Below are positions 10,585 through 20,238 of a stretch of DNA of 64,000 bases, in pieces. Positions within the stretch are counted from its first letter, which is position 1. Every line of letters starts with the position of its first letter. Below the pieces are notes generated by a model. It was not told the origin of the DNA. It saw nothing but the letters and a program-made list of their open reading frames with translations, and made no database searches. Location: IMG/VR virus record IMGVR_UViG_3300007961_000315; one strand, written 5' to 3'. Both the position numbers and the translations under genes were made by a program. This stretch comes from an uncultured virus (IMG/VR IMGVR_UViG_3300007961_000315) (lineage: Duplodnaviria > Heunggongvirae > Uroviricota > Caudoviricetes).

Positions 10585-10955
10585 CGGTTGGCACTGAGGT
10601 TACGGTGAAAGAGACCGTCATCATTGTGGACGGGGGGAATACGAAAACGATTCTCTCCGGTACCAAAGGGCTTCTTAAATGCGTAGGAGCCAATCAAACG
10701 GTGTCGCTCATGATTGGCGATGAAGTATATCCGGATATCCCGATACAGTCGATAGAAGATATGAAAGATGAGGAAGACGAGATGAAAAAAAGGGGCACGT
10801 TGGACTTGTATCTGATTTGCAGCCGGTACCCCGATCAGAAGCCTATCTGTTTCAATTACATGCAGGCGAGAGCGGACGTCTTTTCCTTATGTGAAGAGAT
10901 TCGGCGAAACAGCAAATATATCCAGGAACTGGAAACAAAGCTTGGAAAGCGATAG
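10581..10955 (+). CDS. Hypothetical protein
   Basis: ATGA-coupled to upstream gene. Confidence 0.5.
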   Translation: MTVGTEVTVKETVIIVDGGNTKTILSGTKGLLKCVGANQTVSLMIGDEVYPDIPIQSIEDMKDEEDEMKKRGTLDLYLICSRYPDQKPICFNYMQARADVFSLCEEIRRNSKYIQELETKLGKR

Positions 10956-10971
10956 GAGAAAGGTGAGGAAT

Positions 10972-11499
10972 ATGACAAAAAAAGAACTGATCCATTGGCT
11001 GGATGAGAAAAAACACCATACCATTTCTGAAAAGCAGGAAGAAAACCGGCTGAAAAAGAATGCCATGCTGAAAGAACAGTTGGAACCGCGCGGATTTTAT
11101 GAAATGGCGGAACAGGTCGAATCATGTTTGGAACAGGCATGGAACCTGTGGGAAACGTGGAAAGAGAACGAGGGAAAAGACCTTGTAGAGAATGGACCCC
11201 GGTATCAGAGCTTTGATTCTCAGATGAAGACGTTACTTGGTTCCTGCAAACCTCTTGACGAGCACATGATGAAATATGACATTCAACTGTGCAGCGAATC
11301 CCTTGAGAAACTCAATGAGAGCAGGGGGCTTGTCAGCAAAATTTGCGTATCTTATGACAAGGTAATCAGTAACGTGACTGCGGCGCAGAACACGAAGGAA
11401 GCCATAAATTATGTGCGGGGCCTGGGCTTCGATCTTTCCGAATTAGAAAAACCGGAAAGCGTGGATACCGAATTCCTCTTTGTGAAGCAAGCCGCATGA
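10972..11499 (+). CDS. Hypothetical protein (ends KQAA)
   Basis: RBS AAAGGTGAGG; helical charged composition. Confidence 0.65.
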   Translation: MTKKELIHWLDEKKHHTISEKQEENRLKKNAMLKEQLEPRGFYEMAEQVESCLEQAWNLWETWKENEGKDLVENGPRYQSFDSQMKTLLGSCKPLDEHMMKYDIQLCSESLEKLNESRGLVSKICVSYDKVISNVTAAQNTKEAINYVRGLGFDLSELEKPESVDTEFLFVKQAA

Positions 11500-11541
11500 G
11501 TAGTCGGAATGTTTCGAGTAATGAGAGGATGTGACGCAACG

Positions 11542-12063
11542 ATGCAGCAGATTACACGTAACCAGTTGTTTGAGGAAAAGCTGCCTCTCGTAGACCGGGT
11601 GATGAAACGGTACAGCTGGGAAATCCAAATATACCGATTGTGCCGGGAGGATGTTTGGCAGGAACTGGCCCTTCGAATGTTGGAATGCCTGGATCGGTAT
11701 GACGCAGAGATCTGCCCGAATGTAGACGCCTATCTGGTGAAGCAGCTTCGCTATGCCCTGCTTCACCAGACGGCGCCGAGCAAGCGGTACGGCATCCCAA
11801 ATGCGCCGCGGGGGTGTGTCCTTCAGATCATTTCATTGGAGGAGAACTGCGCCGAAACGTCTTATACGGAGATGCCTGACGACCTGTTTGCAGTACGGGA
11901 AGAAATCCTGGCGCTGCCTCATAGCCAGCGATGTGCCATTCGGCGCGCAGTATATGACGGCAGAATCCGCAGCAGCAACAAGGCTCTGCGGTGCGCCAAG
12001 CTGCACCTCCATAAAAAAGTAAAAGGGTACAATGGAAAACGTTTGAAAAGACAGGGAGCGTGA
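11542..12063 (+). CDS. Sigma-70 region 2-like protein (element-encoded sigma factor/regulator)
   Basis: LFEEKLPLVDRVMKRY..REDVWQELALRMLECLDRYD; region 4 degenerate. Confidence 0.55.
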   Translation: MQQITRNQLFEEKLPLVDRVMKRYSWEIQIYRLCREDVWQELALRMLECLDRYDAEICPNVDAYLVKQLRYALLHQTAPSKRYGIPNAPRGCVLQIISLEENCAETSYTEMPDDLFAVREEILALPHSQRCAIRRAVYDGRIRSSNKALRCAKLHLHKKVKGYNGKRLKRQGA

Positions 12064-13247
12064 TTTCTATCATCAGGCAGAAGTATGAGCCGCTTGTTCT
12101 GGCGGATACTACCCGCCTGACCTTTGCGGAAAGGTTGGAATACCAAAAGTTGGGGATTATGGCCGACGAGCTTCCAACCATTTATCAGAATAATCAGATG
12201 GAAAAGACCGAGTACAATTCTGTGCTCGGCCTTTTTCTGGAAAAAATGTCCCGCAGATCAAAGGCGGAGTTGGATGAGGCGGTGCAGACGCGGTTGAAGA
12301 GGAACGAGAAGCGTGTTCCAATAGAGCCGGAACTGCCTATTTTCGGTGTGAATCGCAGGCCGCTGATCGATGTGGGAGAAGACTTTGAATTGTCGGTTGC
12401 GCACAGCTACACGCTCAAGTGGGTCATAGCGAAATATCTTTCGACCAGGCTGGGTGCCCCGGTTTACAGCCCTTCGCTGCTGCTTCAGCATCCACACCAT
12501 CCATATATGCTGGCGCGGCCGGATTTTGTCGCTGTGTTTCCCGACTCTGATACCGGCGAATTAAACCGGATGGTAAATGTCAAGTGCAAAACCGCGACCC
12601 ATTGGAAGCTGGAAGACCTGAAAGAAGAATTGCCGTTAGAACATGAACTGCATTGCCGGCAGGAGATGGCGGTGGCGAATCTCGATGAAACGATCATCGT
12701 CTACCTCTGCGACAACAACGAAGGGGGGATCGCACTTTACCACCTGGATCGCGATCAAGCGGCCGAGGCAAAAATCATCCAGTGCGTCAAAGCGTTTTGG
12801 CAGGGCAATGTTGAGAAAGAAATTGTACCATTGCCCACAGTGCCATCCAACGCAGCCGACCGGGATATAGCGCTCTATGCTATGTCCCGTAAAAAATACC
12901 ACCGCCCGCCGGACGTCCTTGAGCGGGGAATGCCGGAGTTGTTGGCCGCCTATGCGAAGAAGAAAGAGGCGTATGACAAATGCAATGACACCCTGGAAAG
13001 CTTAAAGGAAGAGGTCAAAGGAATCGAGCTCAAGCTCTCGACCCTGATGCTTGAGAAACCGGAAGGCAGTTGCGGAGACATTAAAATGCGCTGGATTACC
13101 AGAAAGTCCCGCACAGTGGATATGGACGGCCTGGCAGCGGCATATCCGGATATCTATGCGAGATTTGTGACCGAGAACAGTAAACCTGCTTTCGAGGTGC
13201 GCATGAAGAAACCGGCGCCAGGCGCGGAAAAGAAAACAGCGGCTTAA
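12060..13247 (+). CDS. YqaJ-like viral recombinase/exonuclease (ends KTAA)
   Basis: QHPHHPYMLARPDF, VKCKT, HCRQEMAV, FWQGNVEKEIVP; canonical ExK reads KCK. Confidence 0.7.
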   Translation: MISIIRQKYEPLVLADTTRLTFAERLEYQKLGIMADELPTIYQNNQMEKTEYNSVLGLFLEKMSRRSKAELDEAVQTRLKRNEKRVPIEPELPIFGVNRRPLIDVGEDFELSVAHSYTLKWVIAKYLSTRLGAPVYSPSLLLQHPHHPYMLARPDFVAVFPDSDTGELNRMVNVKCKTATHWKLEDLKEELPLEHELHCRQEMAVANLDETIIVYLCDNNEGGIALYHLDRDQAAEAKIIQCVKAFWQGNVEKEIVPLPTVPSNAADRDIALYAMSRKKYHRPPDVLERGMPELLAAYAKKKEAYDKCNDTLESLKEEVKGIELKLSTLMLEKPEGSCGDIKMRWITRKSRTVDMDGLAAAYPDIYARFVTENSKPAFEVRMKKPAPGAEKKTAA

Positions 13248-13271
13248 TGCTGATGAAAGGCGGCAGAAAAT

Positions 13272-13805
13272 TTGAAACTCAATAAAGAAAAGATTACGCG
13301 ATCTGCTTTACGGATTTTAAAGCGGACAAAGCAATATCAAGACTGCAGGGAATCTGGTACTGATGAACAGGATAATTTTCAGTTACAGTACGTTCTGCTT
13401 CAAGGGGATATCGACTCCCCCACGGATGTCCGGGCCTATGCTTATTCGGTAGATACAGAAACCATGCTCTTGTTCCATCCATTAGATGAAGATCCTGATG
13501 TGCGGGAGCTACCGGAATCTGTATTTAATTTCGATGATGCGCTATTCAGTCTGTTGGAATCGGGGTATTCCATTATTGAAATATCCCTGGATTCTCACTG
13601 CGCCATTTTGTCTGATGCGTTGGAAAATGATCCGGAAAAGGAAGAAGGGTTCCTGCGTTATCTGGACTATTGCAGGAAAAACAACGTGCTCGAGGAGGTG
13701 CTGTTTGAAAATCCTCATCTTGCGGAAGAACCAGGGTTAAGGGAGATGTTGTCCCCAAAATATCGACGGGACAGACAAAATGCCAAGACGGAAGGAGCAA
13801 AATGA
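13272..13805 (+). CDS. Hypothetical acidic protein
   Basis: TTG start after GAAAGG; operon position. Confidence 0.55.
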   Translation: MKLNKEKITRSALRILKRTKQYQDCRESGTDEQDNFQLQYVLLQGDIDSPTDVRAYAYSVDTETMLLFHPLDEDPDVRELPESVFNFDDALFSLLESGYSIIEISLDSHCAILSDALENDPEKEEGFLRYLDYCRKNNVLEEVLFENPHLAEEPGLREMLSPKYRRDRQNAKTEGAK

Positions 13806-13806
13806 T

Positions 13807-14094
13807 ATGGGCAAGAAAAAGGAACTGTATCGGGTTGAACGCAGCAATGAAACGCTGGATATCCATTTGGTTGGGGATATCCTTCCCAATACGGTGTTCC
13901 AAAAGGTGATCGAGCTGATGCGTGAGAACCGGGAATGCGAAAACCCTAAAGGGGTGCGTTTTGTAGTTGACAGCAGCGTAATGATGATGGCGGTAAAATA
14001 TGCGATCCCCTCCCAGTTCTATGAAGAAGTGGTATTGGAGGGGCAGTATTCGGCAGATAAGGATGAGGTGCTGAAAGATGCGGCTGGCATGTGA
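13807..14094 (+). CDS. Hypothetical protein
   Basis: RBS AAGGAG; operon position. Confidence 0.55.
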   Translation: MGKKKELYRVERSNETLDIHLVGDILPNTVFQKVIELMRENRECENPKGVRFVVDSSVMMMAVKYAIPSQFYEEVVLEGQYSADKDEVLKDAAGM

Positions 14095-16297
14095 GTATGT
14101 GCAGACACTCTGGCCCAAACCTGGGACGGGGGTGGATTCGGATTTTCGCATCGTGCGCTACCGTCCGCTCCCCGGCGGTAAGATCACCAATGAGTTCACC
14201 GCAAAAGGTGAAGGGCTTCCGGAAAGCAATTTTTTTGAGATTAGCCTGGATGGTGAGCTGAGAACCAGCGATCAGTATGGGAAAACCTTTGTCGTAAAGT
14301 CTTTCTCAACAAAGGTCAAGCAGACCCGGGCCAATGTGCTGGGCTATCTTTCCTCGGGCGCAGTGAAGGGCGTAGGGCCGGCTGTCGCAAAAAAAATCGT
14401 CGATCACTTTGGCGTCGAGGCCCTGGATATTCTGGAGAACGAACCGCAGCGGCTGAAGGAAGTAAGCGGCATCGGAGAAAAAGTCCTGACGGAAATCACC
14501 GACAGCTTTGCGGCAAACAGGGAGATCAACGAGCTCCTGCTCTATGTAGGGCAGTTTTATGCCGCCGCACTGAGCAACGATCCGGACTCCAAATGCCCTA
14601 TCACGCTGAACAGCGCGCGGAAGATTGTTTCCCACTTTGGGGAACGCGCCCTGGAAATCATCCGGTCCGATATCTATCACCTTTGTGAAGTTGACGGATT
14701 CGGCTTCTTGACCGTTGATGCGATGGCGGTGCGGATGCAGCAGCCGATGAATACACTGCCCCGGATCAAAGCGGCGGCGCTGTATATCCTAAAACAGGCG
14801 AAGCAGCAAATGGGCCACCTGTATCTGGAACCGGAAGAATTCCTGCGGGAACTGAAACGCAGCCTGAACCATAAAAAAGCGACCTATCACATTCCGGATT
14901 CAGAGCTGCGCGCTCTCGCAAATGAGGTGCTGCGCACCGAGCAGATCACTTACCAAAACAAATCGATTTATCTTGTGCAGGATTATCAGAATGAAAAATC
15001 CTTCGCAGAAAAAATGGCGGTGCGGCTGTACCAAAACCGGTTCAGCCGCCGGCAGCCGCCTGACGTAATCAAAAATGGAGAAAAGCTGTCGGAAGAACAA
15101 AAGCAGGCCACAATTATGGCGCTCACTCAGAACACCTGTGTGATCACCGGCGGACCTGGTACCGGGAAGACGACCGTGGTGCGTACGATCCTTGAAAACC
15201 TTGTGGGGAATGGCGTGCGGAAGGATGCGCTTCTGCTGTGCGCCCCAACCGGACGGGCTGCCAAGCGGCTTTCCGAGGCGACCGGCTATCCGGCTTACAC
15301 CATTCACAAATCTTTTGGGATTTGGGAAGAGGACGGCGGATATGGGAACGAGACGATTAAGGACCTGGATCTGGTTATTGTTGACGAGGTTTCCATGATG
15401 GATATGGGGCTTGGCACGCAAATGATTTCCCGTATCTCGCCGGAAACCAGATTGATTCTGGTCGGAGACCCGGAGCAGCTGCCCAGCGTGGGGCCCGGTA
15501 ACGTTCTGTGTGAGCTGATCCAATCTGAGGTCGTTCCGGTTGCCCGTTTGAAAACGGTATTCCGGCAGGCTGCGGGGAGCTCCATCGCCGTCAACGCGCA
15601 GCTCATTGTCAGTGCGGAAACCGAATTGGTGTATGATGAAAATTTCGTGTTCATTCCCGCAAAGGACCAGCAGGAAGCGATGTATCTGATCTGTGCCCTC
15701 TATAAACGTGCGGCGGAATCGGTAGGATCTGAAAACGTGCAGATCCTCACGCCGGTGCGCAAAGAAGGGCACCAGTGCGGCGTCAATAACTTAAACACAT
15801 CGATCCAAAGTCTTGTGCAGGACGAGCCGGGGCTGGGATACCACCATTACGGACGTTTCTACTGTCTTGGAGACCCTGTCATACAGAATAAAAATGCAGA
15901 TGACGTTTACAACGGCGAGATCGGCGTTATAACCGGCGTGGAGGACGACAAGATATTTGTCTGCTTTGCGGGTTATGACAAGAATTTGGCTTATGATGAC
16001 GAGAAGATGAACCTTTTGGATTTGGCATATGCGCTCACGGTTCACAAAGCCCAGGGCGCCGAATATCCGATCGTCATTGTGCCGGTGCTGAAAGCGCACA
16101 GCTTCATGCTCAACCGCAACCTGATCTATACAGCCATCACCAGAGGCAAGTCCAGAGTGTTTCTCGTAGGAAGCAAATGGGCGTTGATGAGGGCGATCAA
16201 GAAGGCGGATACCAGCAAGCGCCATACCCATCTGGCCGCCCGCATTCAGGCGGGCCTCAACCGCTTATTGGAAGCTGAAAAGAATGTAGCCGCGTAA
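14078..16297 (+). CDS. recD2: RecD2-like SF1B helicase (ends NVAA)
   Basis: HhH motifs VKGVG/VSGIG, TGGPGTGKTT, APTGRAAKRL, VDEVSM, GDPEQLPSVGPG, AYALTVHKAQG, YTAITRGK. Confidence 0.9.
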   Translation: MRLACEYVQTLWPKPGTGVDSDFRIVRYRPLPGGKITNEFTAKGEGLPESNFFEISLDGELRTSDQYGKTFVVKSFSTKVKQTRANVLGYLSSGAVKGVGPAVAKKIVDHFGVEALDILENEPQRLKEVSGIGEKVLTEITDSFAANREINELLLYVGQFYAAALSNDPDSKCPITLNSARKIVSHFGERALEIIRSDIYHLCEVDGFGFLTVDAMAVRMQQPMNTLPRIKAAALYILKQAKQQMGHLYLEPEEFLRELKRSLNHKKATYHIPDSELRALANEVLRTEQITYQNKSIYLVQDYQNEKSFAEKMAVRLYQNRFSRRQPPDVIKNGEKLSEEQKQATIMALTQNTCVITGGPGTGKTTVVRTILENLVGNGVRKDALLLCAPTGRAAKRLSEATGYPAYTIHKSFGIWEEDGGYGNETIKDLDLVIVDEVSMMDMGLGTQMISRISPETRLILVGDPEQLPSVGPGNVLCELIQSEVVPVARLKTVFRQAAGSSIAVNAQLIVSAETELVYDENFVFIPAKDQQEAMYLICALYKRAAESVGSENVQILTPVRKEGHQCGVNNLNTSIQSLVQDEPGLGYHHYGRFYCLGDPVIQNKNADDVYNGEIGVITGVEDDKIFVCFAGYDKNLAYDDEKMNLLDLAYALTVHKAQGAEYPIVIVPVLKAHSFMLNRNLIYTAITRGKSRVFLVGSKWALMRAIKKADTSKRHTHLAARIQAGLNRLLEAEKNVAA

Positions 16298-16323
16298 AAA
16301 ACGCGCAAGGAAGGAGAAAGTTC

Positions 16324-16677
16324 ATGTTTTCCATGGCGATTCAAGCCGAAGCTTCCGCCTGTCCTGCGGATGGGTGGAGGCCGGCATATACGCATTCCTC
16401 TACCATCTACATGAGGGAATCAAGGCAGGAAGTCGAGATGATTGGCATCTTTGAAAGTTCCAAGGGGGAGTATGGGATAGCACATGGGCGGGTCATGTTC
16501 AACGCGCCTGTTGAAAGCGTATATAAATGCTGCATCGCACAGGATACGTTTGAGCAGGAGCATTACTGGAGGCATTGCCTGCTGCCACAGAGATTTGGAT
16601 CGACTGGCGAGGCATTAAAGCTCTTGCAGCGTCTGATCTGTAAGAAGGAGGAAAACCATTATGAGCATACTGTCTGA
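16324..16677 (+). CDS. Hypothetical protein
   Basis: RBS AAGGAG; operon position. Confidence 0.5.
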   Translation: MFSMAIQAEASACPADGWRPAYTHSSTIYMRESRQEVEMIGIFESSKGEYGIAHGRVMFNAPVESVYKCCIAQDTFEQEHYWRHCLLPQRFGSTGEALKLLQRLICKKEENHYEHTV

Positions 16678-17143
16678 TCTGAAAGTTGTCTGCCCTTTTC
16701 CGCAGGTCTTTGAGGAAGTGGAGGATCCCGGCGCCATAGTTCTCAGCTATCGGAGAAAGATCGGCCATATCCGCGCGGATTATGACGGGTCCAGATGGTG
16801 GAACACCATCTGGCCAATGCATAACGAGCTGGCTTCAACGGAAATCAGCAAGGAAATAGACGCTGTATATGATGCACTGACAGCAAAGGACGCATTGGCG
16901 GATTTGAAGACCTTGCGCGCCTTCTGCGGCCAATTTCCGCAGGCGAAGGCCAGCGCCAACTGTGAGGATGAATACAATTTTTATTATGTGGGAGAGCGCT
17001 GTCTGTACTGGATGCGGTTTATCACACGCAAGGGAGATTACAACCTGTATCTGCATATATTCTTAAAATCTGCGGAGGAAAATAGAGCAGAGGAGAATTT
17101 AGATGGATATATGCGACCAGATGGTGTTCATTCCGGCCAATAG
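16661..17143 (+). CDS. Conserved-looking hypothetical protein of Clostridial mobile elements
   Basis: IGHIRADYDG..WW..W, KGDYNLYL; RBS AAGGAGG. Confidence 0.65.
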   Translation: MSILSDLKVVCPFPQVFEEVEDPGAIVLSYRRKIGHIRADYDGSRWWNTIWPMHNELASTEISKEIDAVYDALTAKDALADLKTLRAFCGQFPQAKASANCEDEYNFYYVGERCLYWMRFITRKGDYNLYLHIFLKSAEENRAEENLDGYMRPDGVHSGQ

Positions 17144-18785
17144 CGAGTATGGCCTGCGCAAGTACAAGGCGTACTACCGCAAAGGTGGGCATCTATTATA
17201 CTGTACACGAAAAGACGAGGAGATCCACGTAGCGGGGCTTCGCAGCGTCTACATCAGCGAATGGCTTCCCCGGATGCTGATCCAAAGAGCCACGCAGCAG
17301 CTGGATGATTATCTGGCCGTCAATCTGCGAGAGTACGAAATGTACCGTTGCGACGGCTTTTGGCAGGATGCTCTGCTGTATGCAGGAAGGCCTATTATAC
17401 CGAAAGCCCCCTATGTGCTGGATACACATGTTGAACAAGGATACGTCACAATCTATGCCGGAGATCGTTATGGGAAGGATCAATCCTGCAGCTGCCGCTA
17501 TGACCTCGTCCGGGAAGAACTGAGCCTCAGATATGACAGTTGGCAGCGGGAAGGCGAGATCCCTCCACAGGACTTCATGGGCTACTTTTTCGATGGCATG
17601 CAGCGGCAGATTCTGGCGCTGCGCCAGCTTGACAGGGGTACCATGCCGGAGCCATACCGCACTACATATTTGGAGATTGCCCGGATCAACGGTTTCTTAA
17701 AAGGAAAACGGACGGTCCGCGCCTGGTTTGACGGCCGGACCAAAGGCATTCTGTGCTACCCGCGCGACGTTCAGACGGCCGCGTTTCTCATCAAGGTGGA
17801 GGATGCAACATTCATCAACCATCTTTACAACTACCGCCACGATGAGGAAGGCAACGAGTTCAAAAAGGGCGAGATCACCACGCTGCCCTATAAGCTCAGC
17901 CACTATTCGGAAGAACTGACGCTTCATAGAGATGCCTTTGCTGCATTCGAGCTGATTTCTGCGGACCCGAGAGTACGCGAAAAGCTGGAACGTGAAGCCA
18001 AAAGGTCAGAAATGAACAGGCTGATTGAAGAAACCGGCGGCGGGGTGTTCTACGAAATTGATTTACTGGTCGGTGGGCATGTCCTTGAGCGGCTGATTAC
18101 TTCGCAGGACTGCGCATCTCTGGAAGAACTTTATGCCTGGCAGCCCGCTGGGGAACGCTTGCTGCAGCTCTATATAGGGCACAGCGGCCGGCTGGAAGTA
18201 CGGGTCATAAAGCACAGTGTCGGTGTGGATGAGAATAGGCCTGTCTCAGATGAGCTGCTGGAAATCATCCGGAAGCTGCCGCACACAAGATGGCATGAAA
18301 TGAAAGGATACAGCCGGGCAGAGGATGACGTCCAATTTACGCAGGATGCTTTGTTTCAATTTTTGGACACGGCTCCAGCGCTTTCGGACAGCGAGAAAAA
18401 CGGGCTGCGAAAGGCAAGGCTGCGATTCCTGATCCCCTCTGACACACAGTACCTGTTCACCGTTTTGGAACTGGATGGGAATCGTTCCTCTGCGGTGGAG
18501 GTGGTTAGCGGGCATCCCCTGGATGGAGCGGAAATCCACCGGCTGGGCTGCGCGGAAAGGTTTGCCATTGGGCATCCGGAGGATAGGATGCTCAATATAC
18601 ACCCTCACTATCTCATCGCTGGGGAAGGCAAAAACGTGCCGTTACCGGATGAGCTGATGGCAATGATCGCAGACGTTGATCCAATGGAGATCCTGCTGGA
18701 AAGGTCGTTTCGCAGCGCACATCCGGAGCATCAAGGATTTTTCTGCTGCCTGGAGAGAAAGGAAAAGGAACCAAGGAAAGGATGA
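17103..18785 (+). CDS. Hypothetical protein (560 aa)
   Basis: RBS AGGAG; long ORF overlapping neighbours. Confidence 0.65.
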   Translation: MDICDQMVFIPANSEYGLRKYKAYYRKGGHLLYCTRKDEEIHVAGLRSVYISEWLPRMLIQRATQQLDDYLAVNLREYEMYRCDGFWQDALLYAGRPIIPKAPYVLDTHVEQGYVTIYAGDRYGKDQSCSCRYDLVREELSLRYDSWQREGEIPPQDFMGYFFDGMQRQILALRQLDRGTMPEPYRTTYLEIARINGFLKGKRTVRAWFDGRTKGILCYPRDVQTAAFLIKVEDATFINHLYNYRHDEEGNEFKKGEITTLPYKLSHYSEELTLHRDAFAAFELISADPRVREKLEREAKRSEMNRLIEETGGGVFYEIDLLVGGHVLERLITSQDCASLEELYAWQPAGERLLQLYIGHSGRLEVRVIKHSVGVDENRPVSDELLEIIRKLPHTRWHEMKGYSRAEDDVQFTQDALFQFLDTAPALSDSEKNGLRKARLRFLIPSDTQYLFTVLELDGNRSSAVEVVSGHPLDGAEIHRLGCAERFAIGHPEDRMLNIHPHYLIAGEGKNVPLPDELMAMIADVDPMEILLERSFRSAHPEHQGFFCCLERKEKEPRKG

Positions 18786-19153
18786 CAACCATGAGAAAGA
18801 TGCAGTTCAAGCGCGGAAAGTTTGGACGAATGAAGATGAAATCCGTCACGAGAGCGCCCAAGACTTTTTTGGAGCTTCTTGAGAGCGGAAAGGAACTGGA
18901 TTGTGAGCTGATTATTGGGGACGTGGACATGCCTGCATCCTTTGTCTGGAATGCGGACAGCCGCATCAGCAGATATGGCATAGAAAAATACCGGACGCTG
19001 ATGGATTCTCCGATTCACCGTCTGCCCAATGGGAATATTGAGCTTTTGTGCCCCGACTGGCAGCTGGGGGAAGAATTCTGCATGGCAGCGGCCGGATACA
19101 TCGGAGATGCTGAGTATCAGCGTATTTTTGAAATGAACGGAGGAGTTTTGTAA
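18782..19153 (+). CDS. Hypothetical protein
   Basis: ATGA overlap; RBS GAAAGG. Confidence 0.6.
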   Translation: MTTMRKMQFKRGKFGRMKMKSVTRAPKTFLELLESGKELDCELIIGDVDMPASFVWNADSRISRYGIEKYRTLMDSPIHRLPNGNIELLCPDWQLGEEFCMAAAGYIGDAEYQRIFEMNGGVL

Positions 19154-19542
19154 TGGGTTCGGGGACAGATGACAGAAGGCAAGTTGCGGAACAGATTTTA
19201 ATGCAATTGGGCGGCAGGGAGTTTTTGCTCATGACAGGGTGTAAAAAGCTTGTGTATGATGAATCCTCTCTGCGGATGCATTTAGCCAGAAATTGCAGCG
19301 GCGCCAATATTCTAAAGATTACCCTGGGTAGCGACGATCTCTATGAGGTCGTCTTTTCGTACCACCGGGCGCCAGGCTATAAGATTAAGGACGGAAAGGT
19401 GTTCGAACGCCCTGAGATCAATCGGGAAGTTGCGCGGTATGAAGGAGTATATGATACGATGCTTCGCCCTATCTTCAGCGAGGTAACGGGGATGGATACC
19501 CACATGCCTCGAATTGAAGGGTTTAACACTCCCGTGCGTTGA
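19153..19542 (+). CDS. Hypothetical phage/ICE-type protein
   Basis: ILMQLGG..F..MTG..DDLYEVVF..GVYDTML; RBS GGAGGAG. Confidence 0.65.
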   Translation: MGSGTDDRRQVAEQILMQLGGREFLLMTGCKKLVYDESSLRMHLARNCSGANILKITLGSDDLYEVVFSYHRAPGYKIKDGKVFERPEINREVARYEGVYDTMLRPIFSEVTGMDTHMPRIEGFNTPVR

Positions 19543-19618
19543 AGCGTGGACAGAGGTTCGGCCGGTTACAGGAAAAGTACGGCATGTAATGTATTGACAT
19601 AAAGTCATAAAAAGATCC

Positions 19619-19661
19619 TGCGCGGGTGTCATGACAAAAAATGACGCCCGCGCACTTTTTT
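19619..19661 (+). terminator. Intra-operon intrinsic terminator
   Basis: TGCGCGGGTGTCAT..ATGACGCCCGCGCA-C-T6. Confidence 0.7.
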
Positions 19662-19677
19662 AGAAAGTGGGAGTGAC

Positions 19678-20238
19678 ATGCTCGCATACAAAGCATTTAA
19701 ACCAGGCCTTGTTTGCCTCGGATATCATTTTGTGATGGGGAAAAACAAAACCGAACAAGCCAATTGCGCACAGAACGGATTCCACTGTGCGGAGAACCCG
19801 TTGGACTGTCTCACATATTACCCGGATATGGAACGGTCGGAGTACTATTTGGTTGACGCCGGCGGAGACCGGGACGAAGATCATGTGGACAGTAAAATTT
19901 CCTGTACGGAGCTTACGATCCTCAAAAAACTGAATCATGAGGAGTTCTTTCTGCACGCGCTGGCCTATATGGCGGATCATCCAAAGCAGAAATGGAATTG
20001 TCATGTTTCTAAAGACTGGGCACAGGCGGCAAACGGTTTTGCGGTCGTCCGGGGGAGTGCCCCTCTCGCCTGTGGGAACCTGAACGATATTCTGGCGATG
20101 GCACAAGAAGACCCGAAATCCGGCGCCATTTTGCAGGTGGCGGTCGCCCGGGTGGACGGTGAGAAGATCCTGCCCGGCAGATGGTATGACATTGATTTAT
20201 CGGAGGTTGAACATGATAAGAAAACAAGAATTGCTTAG
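19678..20238 (+). CDS. Phage/ICE hypothetical protein typically found upstream of PcfJ
   Basis: AYKAF..GLVCLGY.F..G, GFHCAENPLDCLTYY, VDGEKILPGRWY. Confidence 0.7.
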   Translation: MLAYKAFKPGLVCLGYHFVMGKNKTEQANCAQNGFHCAENPLDCLTYYPDMERSEYYLVDAGGDRDEDHVDSKISCTELTILKKLNHEEFFLHALAYMADHPKQKWNCHVSKDWAQAANGFAVVRGSAPLACGNLNDILAMAQEDPKSGAILQVAVARVDGEKILPGRWYDIDLSEVEHDKKTRIA

